64,000 bases of DNA from Candidatus Sulfotelmatobacter sp. (GTDB lineage: Bacteria > Acidobacteriota > Terriglobia > Terriglobales > Acidobacteriaceae): assembly GCA_035511455.1 (NCBI GenBank), contig DATKFH010000129.1, positions 28,512 to 92,511 on the forward strand. The letters are read 5' to 3'. Position 1 is the stretch's first letter; each line of letters begins with the position of its first letter. A program made the position numbers and the translations under genes. Positions 15,857 through 25,000 of the stretch are shown piece by piece. Under the pieces are notes generated by a model. It ran no database searches and was not told the DNA's origin. It was given only the letters and a program-made list of their open reading frames with translations.

Positions 15857-16096
15857 TCACCCGCGGCTTGAAGCGCGACGTGAGGCCTGTTTCTCTCTCA
15901 GCAGATTCTGAAGGTCGAAGATCGCTTCTCGAATGGCTTTTAGTTCAGCGGGAGTCCCAGGGGTGTCGCCCCATTCCGCATAGCGTCTTTCCAGCGCGAC
16001 GGTTGCTTTTTTAATGAGAGCGATTCTTGTTTTCGGATCACATTCTCGCAGAGCTGACACGTAAACTTCGCGCCAAGCATATCGTGTTCGTCCCAT
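15857..16096 (-). CDS. hypothetical protein (79 aa)
   Basis: ORF track MGRTRYAWREVYVSALRECDPKTRIALIKKATVALERRYAEWGD.... Helical, protein-like composition. An antisense ORF (15829..16014, +) is less plausible. Confidence 0.4.
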   Translation of the reverse strand: MGRTRYAWREVYVSALRECDPKTRIALIKKATVALERRYAEWGDTPGTPAELKAIREAIFDLQNLLREKQASRRASSRG

Positions 16097-16301
16097 CTTT
16101 CAGGCCCCTTACTCTCTCTAAACCGACACAACTAGCTCGGAGGCGCGACCCGAGTCTTTGTTTGTAATCACGGTTGCGGACATGCTACCTCTTTTGCCTG
16201 CTCCTGCAAATGAATCTATAAAAAAAACGTTCTGCGGACAACGGGGGCCTCGTCGCGCTGGCCCCTAGACTTCGTTTCGCGCTCGCGGTACCCTCTCGTG
16301 C

Positions 16302-17801
16302 ATGAATCGACGAGACTTTGTAGCCGGATCCGCCGCTGCTGCCGCTGCCCTGACTCTTCCGCGTCTCTCGCACGCCGAAAAGGCCGACCTGGAACCGGTC
16401 TGGGCTGAAATCGAAAAGCGTCATGATGAATCCGTAAAGCGCCTGCAAACCTGGATTCACCAGCCCTCCATTGCCGCCGAAAACCGCGGAGTCAACGAGG
16501 GCTGCGAACTGACCATGCAGATGCTGCGCGACGCCGGCTTTCAGTCCGTCTCCAAAATTCCAACCGACGGACAGCCGGGCATCTTCGCGACTCTCGACGC
16601 CGGTGCTCCCCGGACCATCGGCATTTACTTCATGTATGACGTGAAGCAGGTCACGCCCTCGGAGTGGTCCTCGCCGCCATGGGACGCGGCCCTGGTCGAC
16701 AAGCCCGGCCTCGGCAAAATCCTGATCGGGCGCGGCGCCGTCAATCAGAAGGGCCCCCAGGCCACGTTCCTTGCCGCCTTGCACGCCATCCGCGGCGCGG
16801 GCCGCAAGCTGCCTGTGAACTTCGCCTTCGTCGGCGAAGGCGAAGAGGAGATTGGCTCGCCGCACTTCGCCCAGATCGTGCATCGCCCCGAGGTCGTAGC
16901 GGCGTTAAAAAGGTCGGATGGAATCTTTCTGCCCGACGCTGCGCAGGAGCTTGATGGCAGCGTCACCGTGGAACTGGGCGCCAAGGGCGTGATCGAACTG
17001 GAACTGGTCTCGAGTGGCGAACACTGGGGACGCGGTCCGACCCACGACGTTCACTCCAGTTTGAAGGCCTGCGTCGACAGCCCTGCCTGGCGCTTGATTC
17101 ATGCTCTGAATACGCTGGTCTCGGCCGACGGCAACACGCCGGCCATCGCCGGCTTCGCCGATAAAGCTCGTCCTCTCTCCGCCGCAGAAAAGCAGATGAT
17201 CGCTATCGCCGCCAACCGGATGGATGAAAATCTGGCCAAAAAAGCGCACGGTGTCACGCACTGGATCAATGACGTCGGCTGGCAGGAATCGCTCGAATTG
17301 CTGCTCTCTCGGCCCACCGTGAACATCGAAGGTTTGGTGGGAGGCTATACCGGGCCGGGCGGAAAGACGATCCTGCCGCATCGCGCCGTCGCCAAGCTTG
17401 ATCTCCGTCTCGTCCCTGACATGACCGCGTCTGACGCTCTGGCCGCGCTGAAGGCACATTTGGCCGAGCAGGGATTCAGCGACATCGAGGTCAACATGAC
17501 GGGCGGCTACGACCCCAACAGCACTTCGGTCGACGCCAGAATCATTCAAACCGAGTTGAAAGTTTACCGCGCGAAAGGCATTGACCCGATCGTGTTGCCG
17601 CGCAGTCCCGGATCGTGGCCGGGGTACGTCTTCACCGGCGATCCTCTCCGCCTGCCGGCAGGCGGTTTCGGCCTCGGTCACGGCGACGGCGCGCACGCGC
17701 CCGACGAGTACTACCTGATCGAATCCGCTAATCCCAAGGTCCTCGGAATGGACGGTGCCGTGCGCTCCTACGTCGAATTCCTCTACGAGATGGCCGCGTA
17801 A
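16302..17801 (+). CDS. Tat-exported M20-family (dipeptidase-like) metallohydrolase homolog with substituted metal ligands
   Basis: Tat signal MNRRDFVAGSAAAAAALTLPRLSHA. M20 blocks IYFMYDVKQV, GRGAVNQKGP, GEGEEEIGSP, GAHAPDEY align with CNDP2-type YGHLDVQP, GRGSTDDKGP, EGMEESGS. Confidence 0.85.
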   Translation: MNRRDFVAGSAAAAAALTLPRLSHAEKADLEPVWAEIEKRHDESVKRLQTWIHQPSIAAENRGVNEGCELTMQMLRDAGFQSVSKIPTDGQPGIFATLDAGAPRTIGIYFMYDVKQVTPSEWSSPPWDAALVDKPGLGKILIGRGAVNQKGPQATFLAALHAIRGAGRKLPVNFAFVGEGEEEIGSPHFAQIVHRPEVVAALKRSDGIFLPDAAQELDGSVTVELGAKGVIELELVSSGEHWGRGPTHDVHSSLKACVDSPAWRLIHALNTLVSADGNTPAIAGFADKARPLSAAEKQMIAIAANRMDENLAKKAHGVTHWINDVGWQESLELLLSRPTVNIEGLVGGYTGPGGKTILPHRAVAKLDLRLVPDMTASDALAALKAHLAEQGFSDIEVNMTGGYDPNSTSVDARIIQTELKVYRAKGIDPIVLPRSPGSWPGYVFTGDPLRLPAGGFGLGHGDGAHAPDEYYLIESANPKVLGMDGAVRSYVEFLYEMAA

Positions 17802-17816
17802 CCGCGTTCGTCGCCG

Positions 17817-17861
17817 GGTGCCCCATCCTAACGTCGCGTTTTTTTCGACGTTAGGATGGGG
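17817..17861. repeat. family-1 palindromic element, perfect 16-bp stem (CCCCATCCTAACGTCG-cgttttttt-CGACGTTAGGATGGGG)
   Basis: It shares the GGGTGCCCCAT head with 14947 and 10404. It lies 16 nt after the M20 stop. Confidence 0.7.
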
Positions 17862-18037
17862 ATCATCGGCGGAGCGACGTCGAAGGGTGGGGATTTCATA
17901 CGAGACCATTCTTTTACAACTCTCAAACCTTCCGATGACACCATCACGGAGCCCCGATCCTATCCTGCCCTCACGTTGACTTCGCAGTCCCTGCTTCGAA
18001 CTTCAACGCCATTCTTAAGAATCAGGAGAGCAGAACC

Positions 18038-19231
18038 ATGAAGCACGAAGAACTCGCATTCCCTGACTCACCCGATGAGCCGAACTCTCAAGCACCGCCC
18101 GCGATCGAGCGCCGTTCTTTTATGAAAGGCCTCGGCATCGCTGGAGCTGCACTTTCCGCGGCGCCCTTGTTCGGCGTTGCTGCGGAAGTCGAAGAAGGCA
18201 GTGGTTCGCTCACGAAAGGGGACGCCGCCCTCCTCCGTTTTGCAGCCGCCGCTGAAATTATCGAAAGCGATATCTGGCTGCAATACGCCGAACTCGCCGG
18301 TGTTCAGAACGGGGAAGTTGCGAAATTGGCGAGCAAGCTGATTCCTGGCTATCCCTCTCAGCCGACCGGAGGAAACACCGCCTATACCATCGACATCAAG
18401 CAGCTTGACCAGGACATGGACCAATATATTGCCGACAACACCGAAGACGAGCTAAGCCACGAGACCTTCCTGAACGCCTATCTCGCGTCCAAGGGTGCCG
18501 ATACCGTCAGCCTCGATGCCTTCCGCACGCTACCGGCCAGCCAGGCGACAGGATCGAACAAAACCTTCGGCCGTATCACCAACCTGACCCAACTCAGCGT
18601 CCACACGGATTGGTGGACTCGGTATCGTAGCCGCGGTGGGAACCCGGATTTGGGTGACAAGTTTCGCAACGCCGTTCCTACTCTTGCCGTTGGACAGCAC
18701 ACCGCCATCCCCAGAACTGACTCCGATGTCAGCAATTCAACATTCCTCCAGGCGGTGGCCAATACTGCGGGCTTTCACTTCGCCTGGATCGAGCAGGGCG
18801 GCACAAGCCTCTATCCTCAACTGTCACAGCGAGCCACCAGCGTGGAGGTTTTGCGCATCCTGATGAGCATCGGCGGGACAGAAATCTGTCACTTCCAGAC
18901 CTGGCACGACAAAGCAGGAAACGTGACTCCGGCGCAAAACGTGATTGATCCCGTGACCGGGGTCTCGGTTAGCTTTCCTAATCTGAACACTCCGCCGCTC
19001 GGCGGTGAGGATTTCCAGACCAACCTCATCATGCCCGAACCCACACATTTCCTTAGCCGCAACTTCCCACCCGTTTCGATCATTCGACCCACCGAGACGA
19101 AGGGCGCGGCCATGGGAGCGGTAAACGCCCTCACGAATGACGGCCTCTTCATTGGCCAGTCAAACCAATTCACGCAGTTCCTGCGCGACTTGGCCGAAGA
19201 CGCGGATCAGGCGCGGAGAAGCGGTCGGTGA
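18038..19231 (+). CDS. Tat-exported ferritin-like domain protein
   Basis: Tat motif ERRSFMKGLGIAGAALSAAPLFGVAA. Ferritin-like helices DAALLRFAAAAEIIESDIWLQYAEL...EDELSHETFLNAYL. A strong AGGAGAG RBS precedes it. Confidence 0.75.
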   Translation: MKHEELAFPDSPDEPNSQAPPAIERRSFMKGLGIAGAALSAAPLFGVAAEVEEGSGSLTKGDAALLRFAAAAEIIESDIWLQYAELAGVQNGEVAKLASKLIPGYPSQPTGGNTAYTIDIKQLDQDMDQYIADNTEDELSHETFLNAYLASKGADTVSLDAFRTLPASQATGSNKTFGRITNLTQLSVHTDWWTRYRSRGGNPDLGDKFRNAVPTLAVGQHTAIPRTDSDVSNSTFLQAVANTAGFHFAWIEQGGTSLYPQLSQRATSVEVLRILMSIGGTEICHFQTWHDKAGNVTPAQNVIDPVTGVSVSFPNLNTPPLGGEDFQTNLIMPEPTHFLSRNFPPVSIIRPTETKGAAMGAVNALTNDGLFIGQSNQFTQFLRDLAEDADQARRSGR

Positions 19232-19368
19232 CAGTAGCACGCTGAGCCTATCGTATTTGCGATCGAAGCCTTAGACCCATTGCTGGGTCAAAAGATGGGA
19301 GTGCGCGGGCACATTGGCACGCCCGCGCCACTCTCCGACAACACATCACACCCACGAGAAGAGGAACC

Positions 19369-19569
19369 ATGTTCGAAGGCTTGTTTCAACCCATGCATCT
19401 TCTGATCATCGCCGGTATAGCCCTGCTGGTTTTCGGCCCGAAGAAACTCCCAGAACTTGGCAAAGGCTTGGGCGAAAGCATTCGCGGCTTCAAGTCGGCA
19501 ATGGCAGCCAAGGACGAAACAAAGCCCGCAAGCGCAAAGCCCGATTCGACTCCGAGAGAGAGTGACTGA
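19369..19569 (+). CDS. tatA: twin-arginine translocase subunit TatA/E
   Basis: MFEGLFQPMHLLIIAGIALLVFGPKKLPELGKGLGESIRGFKSAM is the canonical TatA TM plus amphipathic helix. Confidence 0.9.
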   Translation: MFEGLFQPMHLLIIAGIALLVFGPKKLPELGKGLGESIRGFKSAMAAKDETKPASAKPDSTPRESD

Positions 19570-19579
19570 GACCGACAAC

Positions 19580-19607
19580 TGAGAGCCGAGAGCCGAGAGC
19601 TGAGAGC
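19580..19607. repeat. 4 x 7-nt tandem repeat (YGAGAGC)
   Basis: TGAGAGC CGAGAGC CGAGAGC TGAGAGC, lying between tatA and thrC. Confidence 0.8.
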
Positions 19608-19638
19608 TGTCCCCTCCCAATGTTAAACTCGCTTCGGC

Positions 19639-20877
19639 ATGCTGACCCATCTGGAATGCACCCGCTGCGGCGAACATTATCCTGCGGATCGTCCGCAAAC
19701 GGTCTGCCCCAAAGATGCAGGTGTTCTCTACGCCCGCTACGATCTCGCCGCCATCAAGCGTTCCTTCTCGGCTGGACGCCTCGCCGGCCGCGCACCCACC
19801 ATGTGGCGTTACGACGCAGTCTTGCCCGAAGCCGATCCCGTCTCGCTCGGCGAGGGCTTTACTCCCATGTTGGCCAGCCGCGAATACCCTAACGTCTTCA
19901 TCAAAGACGAAGGCCTCAATCCGACCGGATCGTTCAAAGCGCGCGGACTCTCGGCATGCGTGACCATGGCTCGCCGCTTCGGCATGAAGAAGCTGGCGAT
20001 TCCCTCCGCCGGAAACGCCGCCGGAGCGCTTGCCGCCTACGCTGCGGCGGCAGGGCTCGAGGCCCACATCTTCATGCCCACGGATGTGCCCGCGGCCAAC
20101 CGCATCGAATGCGACTACTACGGCGCGCATGTGACCTTGGTCGAAGGCCTGATCAGCGATTGCGCCCGCAAGGTTGTCGAACTCAAGCAGGAAACATTCT
20201 GGGAAAAAGACGGCTGGTTCGACGTCTCCACCACCAAAGAGCCCTATCGCGTCGAAGGCAAAAAGACCATGGGCTACGAAGTGGCCGAGCAGCTGGGCTG
20301 GAAGGTGCCGCAGGCAATCATTTACCCAACCGGCGGAGGAGTTGGTCTGCTCGGCATGTGGAAGGCCTTTCAGGAGATGGAAGCGCTGGGTTGGATCGGT
20401 TCCGAACGCCCAAAGATGATCACCGTGCAGTCCTCGGGCTGTGCTCCGATTGTTAAAGCGTGGGATGAGGGCAAGTCCTCGTCAGAGGCGTGGGCCAATG
20501 CCGCAACTCTGGCCTCCGGCCTTCGCGTGCCGAAGCCTTACGCCGACTACCTGATCCTCGGCATACTCAAGCAGAGCAAAGGTACGGCCGTCGCCGCCAC
20601 AGACGAAGAGATCCTCGATGCCACGCGTCATTGGTCGAAAGCCGAGGGAATTTTTGCCGCCCCGGAAGGCGCCGCGTCCCTGGTTGCCTATCGCAAACTG
20701 CGTGCCAGCGGATTCTTCAAGCCCGAAGACACGGTAGTCCTGTTCAACACCGGCAGCGGCCTGAAGTATCTGGATGTGCTGGATGCGAGTCATGTGGAGC
20801 GGGCACTCCTGTCCGCTGAGCCCGCGCATCCAAAGCCGGCCGCTCGCCACATCGGCGGCATAATCGGGCCCTACTAG
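19639..20877 (+). CDS. thrC: threonine synthase-like PLP enzyme (short form with an N-terminal Cys-rich ribbon)
   Basis: CTRCGEHY...CPKDAG; PLP-lysine motif NPTGSFKARG; PSAGNAAGA; YPTGGGVG; NTGSGLKY. The C-terminal ~30 aa carry a family-2 repeat copy. Confidence 0.8.
   Translation: MLTHLECTRCGEHYPADRPQTVCPKDAGVLYARYDLAAIKRSFSAGRLAGRAPTMWRYDAVLPEADPVSLGEGFTPMLASREYPNVFIKDEGLNPTGSFKARGLSACVTMARRFGMKKLAIPSAGNAAGALAAYAAAAGLEAHIFMPTDVPAANRIECDYYGAHVTLVEGLISDCARKVVELKQETFWEKDGWFDVSTTKEPYRVEGKKTMGYEVAEQLGWKVPQAIIYPTGGGVGLLGMWKAFQEMEALGWIGSERPKMITVQSSGCAPIVKAWDEGKSSSEAWANAATLASGLRVPKPYADYLILGILKQSKGTAVAATDEEILDATRHWSKAEGIFAAPEGAASLVAYRKLRASGFFKPEDTVVLFNTGSGLKYLDVLDASHVERALLSAEPAHPKPAARHIGGIIGPY
20804..20827. 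repeat. family-2 palindromic element, copy 3, inside the thrC 3' end
   Basis: GTGGAGCGGGCACTCCTGTCCGCT matches copy 1 at 22/24 nt. The stem is kept through a G.U pair. It is translated as ..HVERALLSAE... Confidence 0.55.
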
Positions 20878-21091
20878 GGCCTGATCTGGTAAAACGCCTC
20901 GCCTGTCTTGAGATCGGTGGTGCAACTGCGATTTTGGGTCGACGGGCAATTGCCTTCCTGCAAATGAACTTTCCCACGCTCCATCGGCATCGATATTATG
21001 TGCTGCATGATCCGCAAGGTTCACATTGCCGCGATGGCTGGGGGTTCTGGCGCTACGAGTTCCGGGCATCAGCGTGACAGGAGAGAGATGG

Positions 21092-21679
21092 ATGTTTGAG
21101 AGCATTCTCTGCCAAGTGACGGAATACGATCCTGACGTTCTAGAATCGCTGATTGAGCTCGCAGTTGAGATCGCTCGCGAGGGCCGCGAAGGACGACGCG
21201 TTGGCACCCTGTTCATGCTCGGCGACGCCGACGCCGTGCTCAGCAGATCCAGATCGCTAATCTTGGATCCATTATCAGGTCATCCTGAAGGTTCGCGCCG
21301 TGTCACCAATCTTAATCTCCGTGGGACCGTGAAAGAATTGGCACAGTTGGACGGCGGTTTCGTGGTGAGTCAAGGCGGAATTTTCCTTTCCGCATGCCGC
21401 TACCTCGACGCAACGGCTGTCGAGGTGGACGTGCCTCTGGGCCTCGGCAGCCGTCACCTTGCGGCTGCCAACATGAGCTCCGTGACCAACGCAGTAGGTA
21501 TTGTCGTTTCGGAAAGTTCGGTGGTGAGAATTTTCTGTCACGGAAAACTGGTGGGCGAAATCATTCCAGAACTGTGGATGATCGAGCACGCTTCGCAGCT
21601 TAGCGGCGCGGTGAAAAGGGAACAGGTCGGCGAGTTGACCGTGCTGACGCCGAGTTCGCGTCGACCCACCGCGAAGTAA
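21092..21679 (+). CDS. stand-alone DisA_N / diadenylate cyclase (DAC) domain protein with variant active-site motifs
   Basis: DAC-like blocks: GTLFMLGD, LDGGFVV (canonical hDGA), LGLGSRHLAAANMS (canonical GTRHRAA), GIVVSESSVVRIF (canonical VSEExG.IS). No TM region. ATG 21092 has GGAGAGAG upstream. Confidence 0.65.
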   Translation: MFESILCQVTEYDPDVLESLIELAVEIAREGREGRRVGTLFMLGDADAVLSRSRSLILDPLSGHPEGSRRVTNLNLRGTVKELAQLDGGFVVSQGGIFLSACRYLDATAVEVDVPLGLGSRHLAAANMSSVTNAVGIVVSESSVVRIFCHGKLVGEIIPELWMIEHASQLSGAVKREQVGELTVLTPSSRRPTAK

Positions 21680-22005
21680 AGTCGAGCAGCCGCCTGCCGT
21701 ACCCAGATTCATCCTCTAGCCTAGCCCTTTTGTGTTCTCTGTCGTGACTTGTCATCCAGGACTTTCATCGTTCCCATCGAAACATTGGCTTTGACACTGA
21801 GGAACCAATCATTGAGGATGCACAACACTAGTTAACAATTGTGTGCGTCCCCGTCGACGCTTCGCACGGACTTTGCTGTCCGGCCCGTTAGTTGCCCTCA
21901 AGACCCGCAGGCGAATTAGCGCTGCTTAAAGGCGCCGAGGCATGCGTGTGTCCGGGGGAAGGGGCTCGCAAGTCAATCTGAGCCTCGGGATTCAAGGAGG
22001 CTGAT

Positions 22006-25000
22006 ATGAGTTACCTACGTAGAGAGAAAAACACTAGCTTGGAGTTTTCGTTGACCTCCGTTGGGGCGGAGCGTTTCTCACTTGCCCTGTTTCTCTTTGT
22101 GTCGTTGGCAATCACGGCCCATGCGCAAACCGCAACCACCTCGGTTCGCGGCGATGTGACCGACCCCACGGGTGCGGTGGTGTCGGACGTGGATGTCTCA
22201 ATCACCGAGACCTCAATCGGTTTTTCGCAGACGCACAAGACCGACGAGAAGGGCGCGTACAGTTTCCAGCAGATTCCCCCCGGGGCCTATCTGATCAAGA
22301 TTCTTGCTCCGGGTTTCAACGAACAGGCAGAAAGAGTTGTGCTGCTCGTGAACCAGCCGGCGACCCTCAATATCACCTTGAAGGTAGGCAGCAGTACCAC
22401 CACGGTCGATGTAGTGTCGGACACGTCCGCGTTGAATGCGGTTGACGCGACCATTGGAACGCCATTTAACCAGACCCAGATCCAGAGCCTGCCATTCCAG
22501 GGGAACAACGTGTTTTCTCTGCTGTCGCTGCAGGCCGGAGTGTTGTCACTGGGAGATCAATCGACGACAGACATGGATTCCGACAGTCGCGCCGGCGCCG
22601 TCAACGGAGCGCGCTCGGATCAGAGCAATTTGACGCTCGACGGTATCGATAACAATACGCAGACACGGGGCTACGCATTCTCTGGAGTTCTGCGGCCGAC
22701 GCGCGATTCAGTCGACGAGTTCCGAGTAGTCACCAGCAGTGCGAATGCCGACTCCGGCCGCTCTTCCGGAGCCCAAGTCTCGGTGGTTACGCGGAGCGGC
22801 ACCAACCACATCCACGGCAGCGCTTATGAATACTACCGGCCAACCAATACCGTAGCCAATGACTGGTTCAACAAGCAGGCACAGCTCCAGAACGGCGAGC
22901 CCAACGTGCCCGGAAAATATCTCCGCAACACCTTCGGAGGCTCGATCGGCGGACCGGTGGTGAAAGACAAGCTTTTCTATTTCGCCAGTTACGAAGCCGA
23001 CAAGATCGCACAGAACCAGCAAGTCATCAACGAGGTTCCCCTGGGAACAACCGCCAGCCCGGGGTTGCGCCAAGGATACCTCACCTATGTGAATGCCCAG
23101 GGAGGGACGACCACGCTAAGTCCTTCCACGATTGCCCAAATGGACCCGCACTGCTCGGGAGAAGGAACCTGTCCGCTCGGTCCCGGCGTTGACTCGGCGG
23201 CGCTCGAGTATTTCGCGACGCTTCCGGTGGCAAATGGAAGTCTACTTGGCGATGGCTACAACTTTGGCTCGTATACATTCTCTTCGCCGGCTCCGCAGTC
23301 GAACATCACGAACATCGTGAAACTCGACTACAACGCCACCGCCAAGCAGAGGCTTTTCGGGCGCGGCAATCTGGAAAGTGACAATCTGACCGGCACCGTG
23401 ACATATCCCGGCGGCAGTCCCAGCACAAAGACGTACAGCAACAACAAGGGATTCGCCATCGGGCACACTTGGATGCTTACCAATAACCTGGTGAACAACC
23501 TGCGTTACGGATACATCCGTCAGGCATTCTCGAATCGCGGCTCACTGCATGGCGACTTCGTCAACTTCGCCAACATTGCACCTTTAACGGCCGCTACAAC
23601 CGATTTGGTCGTCAATATTCCGCTGCACAACTTTGTGGATGATGTGAGCTGGACCAAGAGGAACCACACGGTGCAAGGCGGCTTCAACTACCGCTTGATT
23701 CATAACAACTTCCAGACCGATGCCACCGCCTTCAACAACGCCCAAGTCCAATACTACAGTCTGGGCATGGGTTCGATCGCGAACACGGGGCAGGACCTCG
23801 ATGCATCGGCCTTTCCACAGTTGGGGATCCCCGCGATTGGCGGCAGTTTCGATACGGCGTATAGCAATGCCATCGCAGCCGTGGCGGGCATCATCCCGGT
23901 TGCAAGCGAGTACTTCAACTACAAAGCATCGGGCAACAGCCTTACCTCGGTGGGACACGGTCTGCCGCTGGCCCGGAGCTACAAATCGAACGAGCTTGAA
24001 TTCTATCTGCAAGACAGTTGGAAGGCGACTCGCAGTGTGACCCTGACCTACGGACTGCGCTACACGAGCTTGCAGACGCCGTATGAGGTCAATGGACAGG
24101 AAGTCGCACCCTCATTCGGTTTGGATCAGTGGTTCCATGCCCGCGCCACGGGCATGGCGCAGGGCATTACCAATCAGCCGGAAATTTCATTTTCCGGCGC
24201 CGGGCATGCAAACAATGCGCCGGGCATGTGGGCGAAAGACAAGGGAGACATCGCCCCACGATTTGCCATGGCCTACTCGCCATCGCATTTGCCCGGATTT
24301 CTCGGGTCATTGTTCGGCGAGGGGATGACGTCGGTCCGCGCCGGCTTCGGTATTTATTACGATCACTTCGGCGAGGGCATCGTCAATACGTTTGATGCGA
24401 ACGGCGCTTATGGCTTGTCATCAAGGGTCAACAGCCCCATCGATTTGACCACGGACCATGCTCCGCGCTTCGCCTCCGTCACCTCTGTTCCAACCCAAAT
24501 AATCCCGACGGTTTCGCCGGAGACCTCGTTCCCGGTCACTCCCGGCAACATCGAGGCCTTGTCATGGGGAGTGGACAACCGCGTGAAGACACCCTATGCC
24601 GAGGTTATGGACTTTTCGATCCAGCGGCAGGTGAACAATGCCTGGACGGTGGAAGCGGCGTATGTGGGACGGCTCGGAAAGCGACTTCTGCAGAATCTCG
24701 ACCTGGCGACTGCGCTCGATCTGGTCGATCCGAAAAGCGGCATGGATTATTTTAAAGCCTCCCAGTTAATGTCAGCCGCTAGCTTAAAAGGAGTGCCCGC
24801 GAGCACGATGCCGACCATTCCTTATTGGGAGGACATGTTTCCGAACCTCGTCGGCAACGGTTTCACAGCGACCCAAAATATCTATCAGAAACTGTGGGGC
24901 TCGAGCGTCGTCGGGAATGAAACCTTTCCTCTCTATAGCCTGGACACCGGATCGTTCTATTCCGGTTCCGGGTTCACGCCCGGACCGCTGAACCGGTACT

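Noticed and set aside
17976-17986. 11-nt string TTGACTTCGCA shared upstream of the ferritin-like gene (17976) and TBDR-B (55694), considered as a common promoter element
   Set aside because: Thousands of 11-mer coincidences are expected in 2 x 64 kb. The sequences diverge immediately downstream, and no shared -10 box exists.
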